A stretch of 51,642 nucleotides of DNA, filler included, from Sphacelaria rigidula (lineage: Eukaryota): assembly GCA_964200075.2 (NCBI GenBank). It is 2 parts of 2 records of this genome, joined end to end, with 100 filler letters (N's around TTAATTAATTAA, not from the genome) between each part and the next. Parts side by side here need not be neighbours in the genome. Positions count along the whole stretch, not along the records: positions 25,901 to 51,642 come from CAXNAA020000156.1; 1 more part is not named here. The stretch is one strand, 5' to 3'. Position 1 is the stretch's first letter. Every line of letters begins with the position of its first letter. The notes beneath the pieces are model-generated. The model had not been told where the DNA came from, searched no databases, and saw nothing but the letters and a program-made list of their open reading frames with translations. Shown in pieces: positions 36,901 to 48,800 of this stretch. Both the position numbers and the translations under genes were made by a program.

Positions 36901-37864
36901 GTGTACTGCTGAATCGACCGCTTCATCTTTGCTAAATTGGCGCAAAACTTTGGGGGTGCCGCGTGCGTGTGTGAGTGATACCGCCACGCATTTCAAGAAT
37001 GCGATCTTGGACCGATTGCGAGAGACTTAGCACGTTGATCACCAGTTTGCGGTGGCGTATTCTCCGTGGTCTAACGGCACGTTCGAACGCATGGTCAAGC
37101 AAGAAGTTCGTGTTTTTCGCTCTATTCTTCTCGAGCAGCGTAGAGCGATTTCTGAGTTGCCTGCGGTGCAATGGTCACTCAATACAGCGTATCGTCGTCG
37201 TTACGATAATACGCCGTACCACGTGATGTTTGGTCGTGCTCCTCGGACGTCTTTCTCAGTGTTGGCGTCTTCGTCGGCGGGTGAACGGGATTGTGATGTC
37301 TTGGATAATGGTCAAACTAAGCGTGCGTTGCAAGGAGTCTTCGACTTGCAAGAACGTTTCCACTTTCAAATGTAGAAGCGCGTTGCCGCGGAACGTGCGC
37401 GTAGACGTGAGGGGTTCTCGTCGGGGCTGGAACTGCCGAATTTTGAGGTGAGCATTTATGTCTTGTATGCACGCGTGCGTCATCCGGGGGTCACGCCCAA
37501 GTTGATGGTAGCATAGACTGGTCCGTGGGAAGGGGTTGGTGCTCACCACCCGCACGTGTTTGAGATCGAGAACATTGTTTCGGGTCGTGTTCGGACCGCC
37601 CATGTAGCTCGTTTGCGTTTCTATGCAGACTCGCAGCTCAATGTTACGGCTGACGTTAAGGACGTATCTTGGCACGCTTTCAATCAGGGGCAATTTCAGA
37701 TGGCCGAGTGGCAGAAGCGGACGATCGTTCGTTGATCGTGTTGGTTGCTGAGTTGGGATATGTTTGAGGCCGCTCCGGAATTTCTCACGAAGGAGTTGCG
37801 TAAATTGCGCGTGACTCGTGCCGTTGCTGCTCGTATTACACGTGAGTTTGGTACTCCGTTGTGA
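33076..37864 (+). pseudogene. gag-pol pseudogene (Zn-knuckle remnant, protease, RT, RNase H, integrase, deleted chromodomain-like tail)
   Basis: THYARDCP; MWDSGA; WSSPAMAVPKK; DPLQGYRQIPL...QGVLNATAYFQ with YxDD decayed to WEAD; FPDAS; AFLSGSF...DKEGFAIV; GHRG...CLHC; VSDTATHF; AYSPWSNGTFER; FEAAPEFL. Many stops and frameshifts. Confidence 0.9.
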
Positions 37865-37938
37865 CCTGCTCATCGGTTTGGCGTTTTCTACGTGTCAAGC
37901 TTGTTGATCGATTTTCGTCCAACGCGCTTTGGGGGCGC

Positions 37939-38207
37939 TGTGACGAAATTACGCCCTTACGTTGAGTTGGTGGTGATGATGTGGAAAATGATCGGGGACA
38001 CGGGGATTCTGGAGGATTCTGGAAGGATTCTGGATAATGGCTGGGGACACTGGGATGATACCCGGCGGGTATAGGAGGCTGTGCCTACAAGGACACTCCG
38101 GAAATAATGAAATGTTGTGAAGGCTGACAACTGAAACTGAGGCCAGTGAAACTGGGGAGTCCCTCAACAGCAGTGACCCACCAGTTCTTCTTCTGGCTGG
38201 CGTTACA
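37939..38207 (+). repeat. 3' LTR
   Basis: tgtgacg...cgttaca followed by ACTC. Confidence 0.95.
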
Positions 38208-38720
38208 ACTCATACAGAAATATGTGTGTGGAGATATACTAGATATGACCTACCTCCCAGATAACTTGTCGGCTCGTCAACGGCGGTTAGAAGCAAGTCC
38301 AGTACGAAACAGCCAAAGTATGCATGTACATTCACACTGAAGACTATCACGCTCGTGGACGCTGCTGTCGCTTGGGTAGAATGTTTATACCGGTACAGCG
38401 AAAGTGCACTATACGTTTCAACACAATACTACATTCGCGGTACTGAAGTGCGTTGTTGGAGTTGTAAACGTAGAAGATGGAAATTTCCTGCCCTTGACCT
38501 CTTTCATCGGAAAAAATCGTTCGGAATACAGGTGGACCATTTCTCTGTAATAGCGGATATACACAGTAGCTGCAGATAAACTTGCGATTCTGTTGCCGTG
38601 GTCTCAGGCGCTGCGTTTTTCTATTTCTTGAAGTATTTGCGTAAGGTACGAAGCAGCATTTCATTGATCTCACATGACGTCCATCCATCCTTCTCATTCA
38701 TATAATTCAGCGGTAGAATA

Positions 38721-38976
38721 GAGCAATGGTACGGTAGGGATGCACTTTGTGCGCAAAACCGTGTCTGGTTTAGAGGCTCCCAATGATTCAAGATGCACAA
38801 GAATATAGGTCAGTGCATCCCCGTTTGCAAATTCATTCGGGATATCTCCAGAACATTGGAGTAGGAATCCTGGCGTACTCTCACATATTTCATAAGTCGT
38901 GTTTTGGATCAGATACAGGGCTCCTAACAATTCTAAACCCAGGAAATATTTGTGCACCCCTACCGTAGCATCACTC
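38721..38976 (-). mobile_element. MITE family D, copy 5
   Basis: gagcaatggtacggtaggg ... cccctaccgtagcatcactc. Perfect 4-bp TSD aata/aata. Confidence 0.85.
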
Positions 38977-39177
38977 AATATGTAAATAAGGGAGTAGCTT
39001 GTATGCTATTATTTTTGACAGGTTCCCCAATTTTACCCGATATTCGCTATCCCTCTCTTCACCAAAAGCTTCTTTTCGTTGTAGAGTTGTGTCTTTCACC
39101 GACAGCCATGCTGGCAAAATGTAAACGAGAGAAGGGGGCAAAGTAAAAAATGTCGTTGCAGGTACAGTTGTATATTC

Positions 39178-39469
39178 TAGACTGAACTGGAAATGTGTCG
39201 AAGTATGTACTTTCCGACGATTCTACAAGTCATGCCAATATAATCCTCCCCCGAAGTGGTAATCTTCTCGCGTATGTCAGTTCCCGACTGTACGAAGTTT
39301 TGTTACGTCCATCTAAATATAGTAGACTGAACTGGAAATGTGTCGAAACATGTGCTCTCCGACGATTCTACGAGTCATGCCTACTGAGTGCTCCCGAAGC
39401 GGTCATCGTTTCACATAGCCTATATCAGTTCCTGACTGTACGAAGTTTTGTTACGTCCATCTCATAAAG
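39178..39469. repeat. Tandem duplication, 145-bp period, 2 copies
   Basis: tagactgaactggaaatgtgtcgaa...gactgtacgaagttttgttacgtccatct starts at 39178 and again at 39323. Confidence 0.9.
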
Positions 39470-42400
39470 TACATCACCTCCACCATGTTGCGGTCGACCA
39501 TATTATTGTCACTGGCACTGCCCCGGCGGCGGCGACAATATCGGAGAATGCTCGAGAACGGTGTCATCCAACCAGAATCGTTGGGGTTGTTTTGCGCGAG
39601 AGACTTTCTGTGTTCATGGGGTCGAAACGGGACGGAGATGGGGTCGAGATGTTCAGGTCTAGCCGTAACCATCCCAGTTTACACGTCGTCGGGAAGCAGT
39701 GAAACGCTCCGCTGATAATCGACATGACGATTTGGAAGCATGGAAATATTTGCACAGATCTCCGTTGATGACTGCAAGATATCACAACTCTAGTCAACCA
39801 AGTAACTATGAGCTGGACGTGCGCAGCACGCTCGATTGCGCGCCACTCCGCAACATCTGTAGATTTTATACTAATTTTACCCACCACATTGAAAGCTATC
39901 GCAAGGGCACGCTCGCGTTGTACATCGAAAATAGTGACAGGATGCGGGACATATTCAAGTCGTTGTAGCGAAGAAGATGAAGGTAAAGCTCACCGAGTCC
40001 TTCCGTATTTACTCTTCGCACATGACTGTAGGCCTGATATTTCCAGCAGGGCATATTCTCTTTTTACCGTTTCTCGGATTTCTAGTTGGGCAGGTCGACA
40101 CTTGTGTGGAGCCGAGGCCTGACGACTCCATTGAATCTGCTGTGTACTTACTACTTCTAGACCCCGACATCAGAAGCCAGGCCAGCACAGGTGAAGGGGT
40201 CTGTATACGGTTCCCGTTATATCGATCGATTCGGTGTGCAGGTATGCTCCCTCGTACCTTTTGTCTTGCAATCGCAATTGATGCCGGCGCGCGCTCCGCC
40301 ATCGTGCGTTCATATATATTGCCGTGGCCTGTGACCAGACAAGTGCAGAAACATGGCGAAAAAAATGCGCGGATGGAGACTCCCATCATCAGCCGCTCCA
40401 TGTGACAGTGCAAAACAAATGGGAGGACGACAGCGGTCGGCGTAAATTAATTCATATAGAAACGCATATACATTTACATATGTATACACACACATATATA
40501 TAAGGGCTTGGTGCTCAGCGTCACTGCTCAAATTGAGCGATCCCAAGGCAAAGAAAAATGTGAAGTATTCAGGGCCAGGGTATGTATGATTGGCAGAAAA
40601 TGTTGGATATTTTGATAAACAGATGGGAAGCTAGGGAGAGATCAAGATTTATCTGTAGGCTACCGATTGTGTGCACGACTTTGTCGTTCGGGTTACTTCA
40701 GGGCATCATATAACTGCACAGAGTGCACTCAGCATTATCTCTCAAAAACTGTCGAGGGGAAAACGCCAGACGAGAACCTAACTGCACGGAGCTGTCATTT
40801 TTGACCGAAAGTCGTCATTGCGATAATTTCACAGAAGACAATGATTCTTTACTGACCGTGGGCAACACCAGAAAACAACCGTTGAGTGCACAGAAGACAC
40901 CACGGCTCAGGGGATTGGGGCTAAAATGATGCACTGGAGAAATCCCTATCAATGTCTTCGACGCCGCATAACTCACGAGACGACGACTATGAAACGTTTC
41001 ATATACCCCGTCGGTTGCAAATAATAGACGATGCTCCCAAGGGTACTTCCGTGGCAATCCGGGACAAATTCTCGCGGGCCAAAATATGATTGATATAAAA
41101 AAAAATCATATTTCGACTGAGAATCTGATGGAGATGCCGGATTCAAGGCCGTTTTGCAACTTCTCCTTTCGATCGGAAATGAAGTGTCACCAGTGGCCAG
41201 CTACCGATGATGAATGACCATCTTACACTCGAGATTGCCAATTCGGGATATTCAAGACGGACTATCAAAAAGACAACCCGGATATCGCATCTCCACAGTC
41301 GAGTTGGTACGGGTAAGGGCAAAGTGCGGCCAAATCGGGATAAATTCGGTTTTCACAAACGCAATACGACGCTTCAGCAGTCGGACGACGGGTGATGACC
41401 GATTGATTTGAATTCAGACCAACTGGCGGGCTAATCGTTGCCCTTCATTGGTTCTGGCTATCTAAGAAACACCTCATCAGGAATAAAAAATTATCTGCAT
41501 GGCACGTGCGACTACAAATGAACATATTTATGATGTCGCATGTGGAGGGTGGACCCACGGGGGGCTTTCGGGGATAGGGAAGTGGCCATCCACGGGGAGT
41601 TGTATCCACCATTTTGCCGTCGCAAACGAACGGTGGTGTTCCTGACTAGTCTAGGATTACATTGTGAGTGTGTCCAGGGAAGCATTGTAAGGGTGACAAT
41701 CTATCTACGTACCAACAGCCCCTGAGGGGTCCTATTAAGCGCAGTATGAATCTTGCCGAAAACGATTGTATATGGGCGCCATGCAGTGCTAAAAGGTCGC
41801 AATATAAACCAGTCCATAGCTTTGCAGCTTTATACCACATCGCTTGCCACAAGTCACTGTTTGGGGGAAACAAATCCCCACGTATCGGCCAAACGCCCCT
41901 GCCCCCCCCGAACGTATCACTCCATCCGCACGATATGCTTGACACTCTCAGCAGGAGATTTCATACGCAAAAAGGGTCTAGCATACGAAGGTTCCAGTCG
42001 ACCGCGGAGGGGTCCGGTTAGTCCAGGATCTGTACATCAAAACGTGCTAGTGGGTCAATGTTGTTCAGCGATTCGGACACGGTGTGGCACGTTTAGTCGC
42101 ACCAGTAGAATTTCTCATGATGGTGTACTATAGTAGCCGATATCAGTCGTAATACGTTCGCGAGTACACCACGAGAATACCCTCCTGAAGGTACACCTGC
42201 ATGATCACGGCGCCATGAATGCGCTATGCGATGGTGCTTCCATAGTAACTTTTATCAAGCTATCGTGGGTTTCTCCCGCGACAACCACCGGCCATGATAC
42301 TGCCTAGTACAAAACTACCATTCGGCGTGCATGTCGCCTCCGCAGTACTATCGTGATGTTGGCACGTTACCATCATGTACACCTAACCAACCCGCACAAC

Positions 42401-42896
42401 CTGAGGACAACCTATCACAACATACAGCATAGATGTACACCCCACCAAGGCACACCATATAGGTTTACGGGCATGGGTTCAGCATTAAGGCTTGCGGTAG
42501 GTATTTGATTTCAAGTTTAGTTCATTGTGGAGCTTGCGGATGACTCGGTGAGCATGAAATTATGCACACACACGTACACGTATGATATTTGTGGTTTTGC
42601 GTCAGTCGTGGATAACAACGATAATGATTCCCGAAATGGTGCATATACGACTTTCCGGTGAAACGTGTGTAAGATGAACTCCGGGTGTATCTTCCATTAT
42701 ATCTAGTCCCGGCATCGCCGCAGGAGTGTCATCAAAAGTCTCATGTGCTGCTTTGGTCCGATCACGAGCTGCCACGATAGCACCACGTCAGGGTCGTGGG
42801 AGGATCTACCATTGCGGTCAACAACGTCAGGTTCGTTTTTCGGATCGTACTCAGGTGGTGTCCCGCGCTCGCGAGAATCACACTCTGGTGGGGTCT

Positions 42897-45800
42897 TCAT
42901 TGTACCTGTGCCCGGCACCAGTCGGCGGTGGCGAGGATCTTGAGTTCTTCGTATAGGTCGTTGAGGAGAGACACCAACAGGTTGAGCATCACGACAACCA
43001 CCACCACAGCAAACAAGGCCGCGAAGATATACCTAGTGGGGTAAAAGACGAAGCAGAGTTGGGTCCAATAAAATGAGGAGGTGAAAACAAACCTTTTGGA
43101 GGATGGTTCACTCATGAATCACGAGTGACCTGCGGTATGAGTATTCAATCGTTGGAAAACACCAATAGTGTGTGAGATATCTCGTGAGGTGCACAGTCGT
43201 CTACGCCATGGACGGGCGACACCTGCAAGTCGGAGACTACGACAAACACCACTACCGTAACAACTAACGTCGCGAAAACGCACGTAATGCACAGCTGGAG
43301 AATCGGGTGCAATGGGTGTCGTATGACGGGCAGCGCATGGTGTATGGTACCGTTCAGCATGCACATCTTCCCGTCTAGCACAAAGGATATCTACATACAC
43401 AGTTCACCCCTTCGGCAAGCGTTTCGTTCTCGAACATTGCCTTCGCAAAGAAGTTTCGTGCCACAAACGTACAAGTCGTCACCTCCAAGTGCTGTAGAGG
43501 TTTTCATCATCAATGTCCTCGAAGCTGATTTCGCCCAACGACTCGGGGTACTGCGTCGCGAGCGTCGCAGACATGCTACGATGACTCGATCGAAGTTGAC
43601 CGAGAAGAGTATACCTGATGCAGACGAGAAACCAAGGACTCTCATGTTTGTTGATGCTCTTCATGCGGCGTGATTTCCCGCTCTCCCCCGCATGTTATTC
43701 ACTTCTCGGGTTTCACAAGTTTCGGACCCAAAAGCGATAACGCATCTAAAGAACATCGCGCTTACTTCCCTCTTTTGCCAGTCTTCCACTCTGAAGACGC
43801 ACAAGCACTAAATGCTGCGAATAATCCGCGTCCCTGCATGGATACAATCTTGCAGAGTGGACAAGATAGGGCACCTTGGCCCAGAAACCCTGAATTATCA
43901 GGGAATTCGCAGTAAAGGGTATTTCTAAGTACCTGAGAATGGACGACCAAGACCACTAATTGTTTCAGGATACCTGGTGTATCAATTTCTGCAAACAGTG
44001 AGTGTAGTGATCCAGGTTACCTGCGGTGTTGACTGCTGAAGATATCGAATGCTTCGGGGTATCTACAGTATCGATTTCGGAGAGTACCGAGTAGTTTGGT
44101 CAACCGACTGCCGAGCGTACAGAGTTCGGGGATGAGGAGTAGTACGCTGAGACACAGAATAGCACAGCGAAACGACGTGCTGTGCAACGTCAAAGCTGTT
44201 CAAATGTTTCCAGCACGCCGGAAATACCAACATTATCTAATCTCTGCCGGAGAATATTCTGCTTGCATGGCTCGCAGCCGCGCACGCAGGTTTCAAAGTA
44301 CTTGCAGCACGGACCACCCAAAGCACAGAATATTCTAGGGTACCTGAGAAAAGAAGTGTCGATAATACCGAGTGTTCTTGAGCACCTGAGGTATCGACTG
44401 CGGAAAACCCCGAACATTTCATGGTAATGAGGTGTGTATTGCATCTTTTTATTTTCCCATGTACTGTAGCACTCGCTCGGGCTCGGGTTTAGCTCAGACA
44501 AAGGGGCGGGGTCAGGGCTGAGCCTCTTCGTGGCTACGCTTCCCTCGCAACCCGGGTTCAGAAAATGAGGCTTTGGAGCTCACTAAGGGAACGCTTTGCA
44601 TCGTGGTGGTTTGTGTGAGATCAGGGGACAAGTACATCAGCGTTCTTGAAGAGCATCGTAGATCGCCGGCACACTATCCGACATTCCGGCCTGACATGGG
44701 GCGTAGCGGGGGTCACACCCTTTGCATACTCTTCTACGGACTGTGCTGCACAGTAGGTTTGTCCCGGACTGCCTTACCCCCAAGCAGCACCCGTGACACC
44801 ATCGTATGTCTATACTTGTAGCGCAATGTGTCGGCTCGCTTGACTATCATCGCAGTGCTAACCTTTGCGACTCTACGGAGAAGCATCCAAAGACATTTAT
44901 CAACATCCGGGATAGAAGTTTGATCGGCAGAGCGCACGACGGAACGATTGTGTCTGCAGCATACTCACTGTGTATTTAAAGTACACCGCAATGTCTCCGT
45001 GAATAATTTCTTACCTAGCAAATGACCACCCCATGTAAATGATAGCTACAAGCGGCATGAAGCTCCTCAACAGCTTTCCTGTGCGGAGAAACATAATGAA
45101 GCAAGCATCACAGATATTACGAATGGTGAAGAAGGTGAAACATGTGACTGGCAGGGGTCATTTCAGACGACCCTCGGGAGAACAACAGTACAGATATTTG
45201 GCGAACAACAGCGAAGAAATAGCAGCAGCGACGGTAGCAGTCGTAGCAGGAAAGAAAACAAAATAATAAAGCAGCATCACCGATAACAGCCAGAAATAGA
45301 CTGTTGGTCAATAACCAGCAATAACCGGGACGATGTTTCGATTAAAATGCACCCAACATTTTGAGTCGCAGAACTAGCTTGGGGTCTACGATTGCCCCCA
45401 TGGCCAGAAACACATTGTAGCACCCCTGTAATCTAAATCCTGTTCTAGAGGAGCAAGCGCTCGCATTGATTCATCGAGATTCCCCAACAGATGCCATGCA
45501 CATGGCCCGTCAATAGACGCCAATGGTAGACTGCACTTCTGGAAACGAATGGCGGGTCGACAATGACCTCCACCTGTTCATAGTGCACCAGAGTACAGGA
45601 ATGATCGCGATGGCTACCGCTCACCGCACCTTGCACCATTCCAGCATCTATCCTACTCTATTGCGGGAGTGATCGGTATAACTCGCCTGCTCATGACTTG
45701 ATAATGTAGTCAATGGTGATCAGCGCCTACCCGATTGGGCGTAAATCAAACGCCAAAGATGTGTACTCCCGGTCGGATTAGGCCTCGCCTACCACAACCA

Positions 45801-48800
45801 ACGCTCATGAACTTGACGGAAGGGCGGCTGGATGCATCTGTATTCGTGTGTAGGCATCTGCTTGCCTAGTCACAATCATAGCTTATCGTCTTCAGAAAAA
45901 ATACCTTTCAATATGGTGAATAGTCATTCTTGATCAACACCCTGTCCATCTACAAACAGTGCTCATCACCTCATCATAGATCACTCAAGAACTAAACATG
46001 GATGCTCAAGATTTATTGTCTTCTCCATTCACAATCAGAAGTTATCGGTTGAAGGAAAATACCAAAGCTCTTATTCATGACTGTTCGCCTTTTCAGCCGG
46101 GTTAAATCACAATTGTCAATCATCAAGGTGTCATCAGTACTACGGTAAAATTCCACACGGGTTATTTCTCTTCGTGACGCGTCGCAATCCACCAGTCATG
46201 CGTGATGCTCGGCTGAAACATGTACCCTAGTCATTCGAGTGGCACAGGCGGTGGTTGTGATGAACAATTTAATGAAATGTGAAAAGTGCTCCCTTTGTCG
46301 TCGTCTTGGTTAGTGTCGACTCATGAGGAAACTCGACACTACAGGTCTTGCTCCTGTTCGTTCCACTCCTATGTTGCGTGCGTTCACCACATCCAATCGC
46401 GAGGGTAGTAAACTATACAGCTTATGTGCCTATCGGCTGCCTTCGAAGATCCACAGACTTGGCTAAGTACAAGAGATGGCAAACTATTTTGTCCACCAGA
46501 TATTGAAAGCAACAAAAAGCACTCAACTAACATACAAGTTCGGTGGTGGGTCGTACTATCCCTAGCTACTGTTCGTCACAGAATTGGTTTATGATCCCGA
46601 TGGCTAACGTGCCTTCCTGGTGAGAGCATGTGCGTACTTGACATCGGCACTTGCCTATCATGAGAGTAATCATCTTGACAAGCAAGAAAACGTCTTGGAA
46701 GACAGATTGCAAGGGGTCCATGAGCTTGACCCACACCAGCAGCAGAACGGTCGCCACCCACTGCCGTTCCGTCAGCTCCAACTCCACCAACGGTCTGGTA
46801 GCAGAGTAAGGGGGGGAGAGAACTGATGGGTCTTTTGGTCAGCGTTTGTCGCTCCACGATCGAATGCGTCTTGAAGCATCTGCATGTCCCACCAGTAGCA
46901 TGTAAATAGATCCCCTGAAGCTTCATACAAGTACTGTTGTCTACGCACGCAAGCATGTCGAAATAACACTACCAGATTGACCTGTTTTAAAGTACAGCGT
47001 ACTGCCATTCACCGAGACCAGCTCTTCGATTGTTGATCAAGTTGGGGGGGAGCGTGAGACTCCACGATGTGAGACATCCTTGTGAGCATCATCGCGGTCC
47101 CTACACGACATAAATAAGATGTACGTGGCTTGTATTTCAAACTTTACATGTGTGTGAGCCCTCGGCTCACTAGACGTCACGGAACAAGGTTCGGTACAGA
47201 CACCCAGCGGTGGCATGGTTGGGTATGCTGATGATACGTCAGGTCGGTTCTGAGTCACCGCGAAGGTTCCAATGAGGTGCGATACAGTGGGAGCTGAATT
47301 TGACTGCGCTTAACTGGGACCCTGTGCCGGACCATTCTAGTGAGGCGTCTCGAAGTAATACAACGACAATTGCGACCGCACTCGGGTGGGGTTATACAAG
47401 CGCTGTTGTTGTCGTTGTTGTCGTCGCCGTCGTCGTGGTTGTTGTTGTTGTTGTCGTTTTTGTCTTTGCATTAGAAAACGTTCTGATATCTGCGCAGTAC
47501 TGTGTACTGGGCATCTAATGGGAACACGTCCCGTAATCACAGGCTAATAATCCTAAATAAAATATGAGGAGATACAAGCGTAGGACCCATGTTTGAACGG
47601 AGTTGCAACAACTTGTACTTGCCTGAGGTCGACATACTGGTCCTTGACTCTCAGTTGAAGGTCTTCGTAGGCATCTCCTCGTGCAGCGTACAGCCCAAAT
47701 ATTATCCAGTGTCCAGCGATCAGCAGGACGTCGAACAAGTTAGCCAGGCTTAGGAAGTAAAAGTGTCCCTGAGGCGATACGTAGCCATGGGAAGAGGCGT
47801 AGTCGAAGGGTTAAAATCTACCGTCAAAATACAGTAATCCACACATAGTTTGGCGTGTTTTGCCCGAGTTTAGTGTTAATTAGAGTCGCGTCGCCCACTC
47901 AGCGTCCTCATGACCGACGAGGAAATGAGAGTCTGTCAATGGCGATAGAGAATTTAGGTCGGTAGCATCTCTTCGGGTTTCGTGTATGTATATTTTGCCG
48001 ATTTCCAAGTCTGCATTCTTCAGGATACAACCATGGTATTATGAACTATGTGTAGCGCGCAATATACGCTATGGTTTCGTGCGCTCTCCTTGAAGTGTCA
48101 ACATGCTACGCCAGTGAACCTGTCCGAGCTGCTAAGCCCGTAAGAGTCTCGTATTAGAAATGTTACAAAACACGGGGACAGAGAGTGTGGTGATGCGCTC
48201 TTGTGGTGTGATCAGTGCACGATTAGTAGCCAGTTAGGGCGTAGGGTTGCGCGTTCGAATCAACGCAGATACCATAGTTTTAGGCAAAAGCTGTTTTCCG
48301 TCGTTAAACGCGTGGGAGCCTGAGCAACAAAGGAATTTTGACGAAAGCCGACGGGTTACGGAAGCGATGGTCCAATCCTCTAAACGTAAATTCCGGGCAA
48401 GTACCGGGCGAAAGATGTGTCGATCCCTTGAGAATAAGCACTTGTCCCAAGGAAGGAGATGCAGGAGAGGGAATTGAAGCGTTTTTTTAACCGTTGGGAA
48501 CCAATGAGCGCTCCTCGGCACCCAAAACTTTGTTGCGCGTTTGACTGGGCAGCCGGCCACTCACAGCCCAGAGCCGATCGTTCACCCGCAGAAGTTATAC
48601 ATGTTCCAAACTACAGCGCTCGGAGAGCTTAAATGAACCAGCATGGGACAGTTGAGTTCACGCCCGTCAACAATCGAGATTCAACGTTTTCGAGATATTG
48701 GCGTTCAAACGGACATGTTTGAGAAGTGACTTCAGATGCGATAGGGAATACTCGTGTCGTTATGTCCTCGAAGTCGACCATCTTGTCTTGTGAACACAAC

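Larger units (their letters stand above)
32405..38207 (+). mobile_element. Full-length degenerate Ty3/Gypsy LTR retrotransposon
   Basis: Two 269-bp TG...CA LTRs with about 30 substitutions by hand alignment. 4-bp TSD ACTC (32401-32404/38208-38211). Domain order gag-PR-RT-RH-IN. G-rich tract before the 3' LTR. Confidence 0.95.

Noticed and set aside
35797-37873. Long minus-strand ORFs (315 aa and 205 aa)
   Set aside because: Antisense shadows of the pol region with no recognisable motifs.
45790-45870. Extra channel exon between S4 and S5
   Set aside because: The flanking exons already join in phase to give a normal S4-S5 linker.
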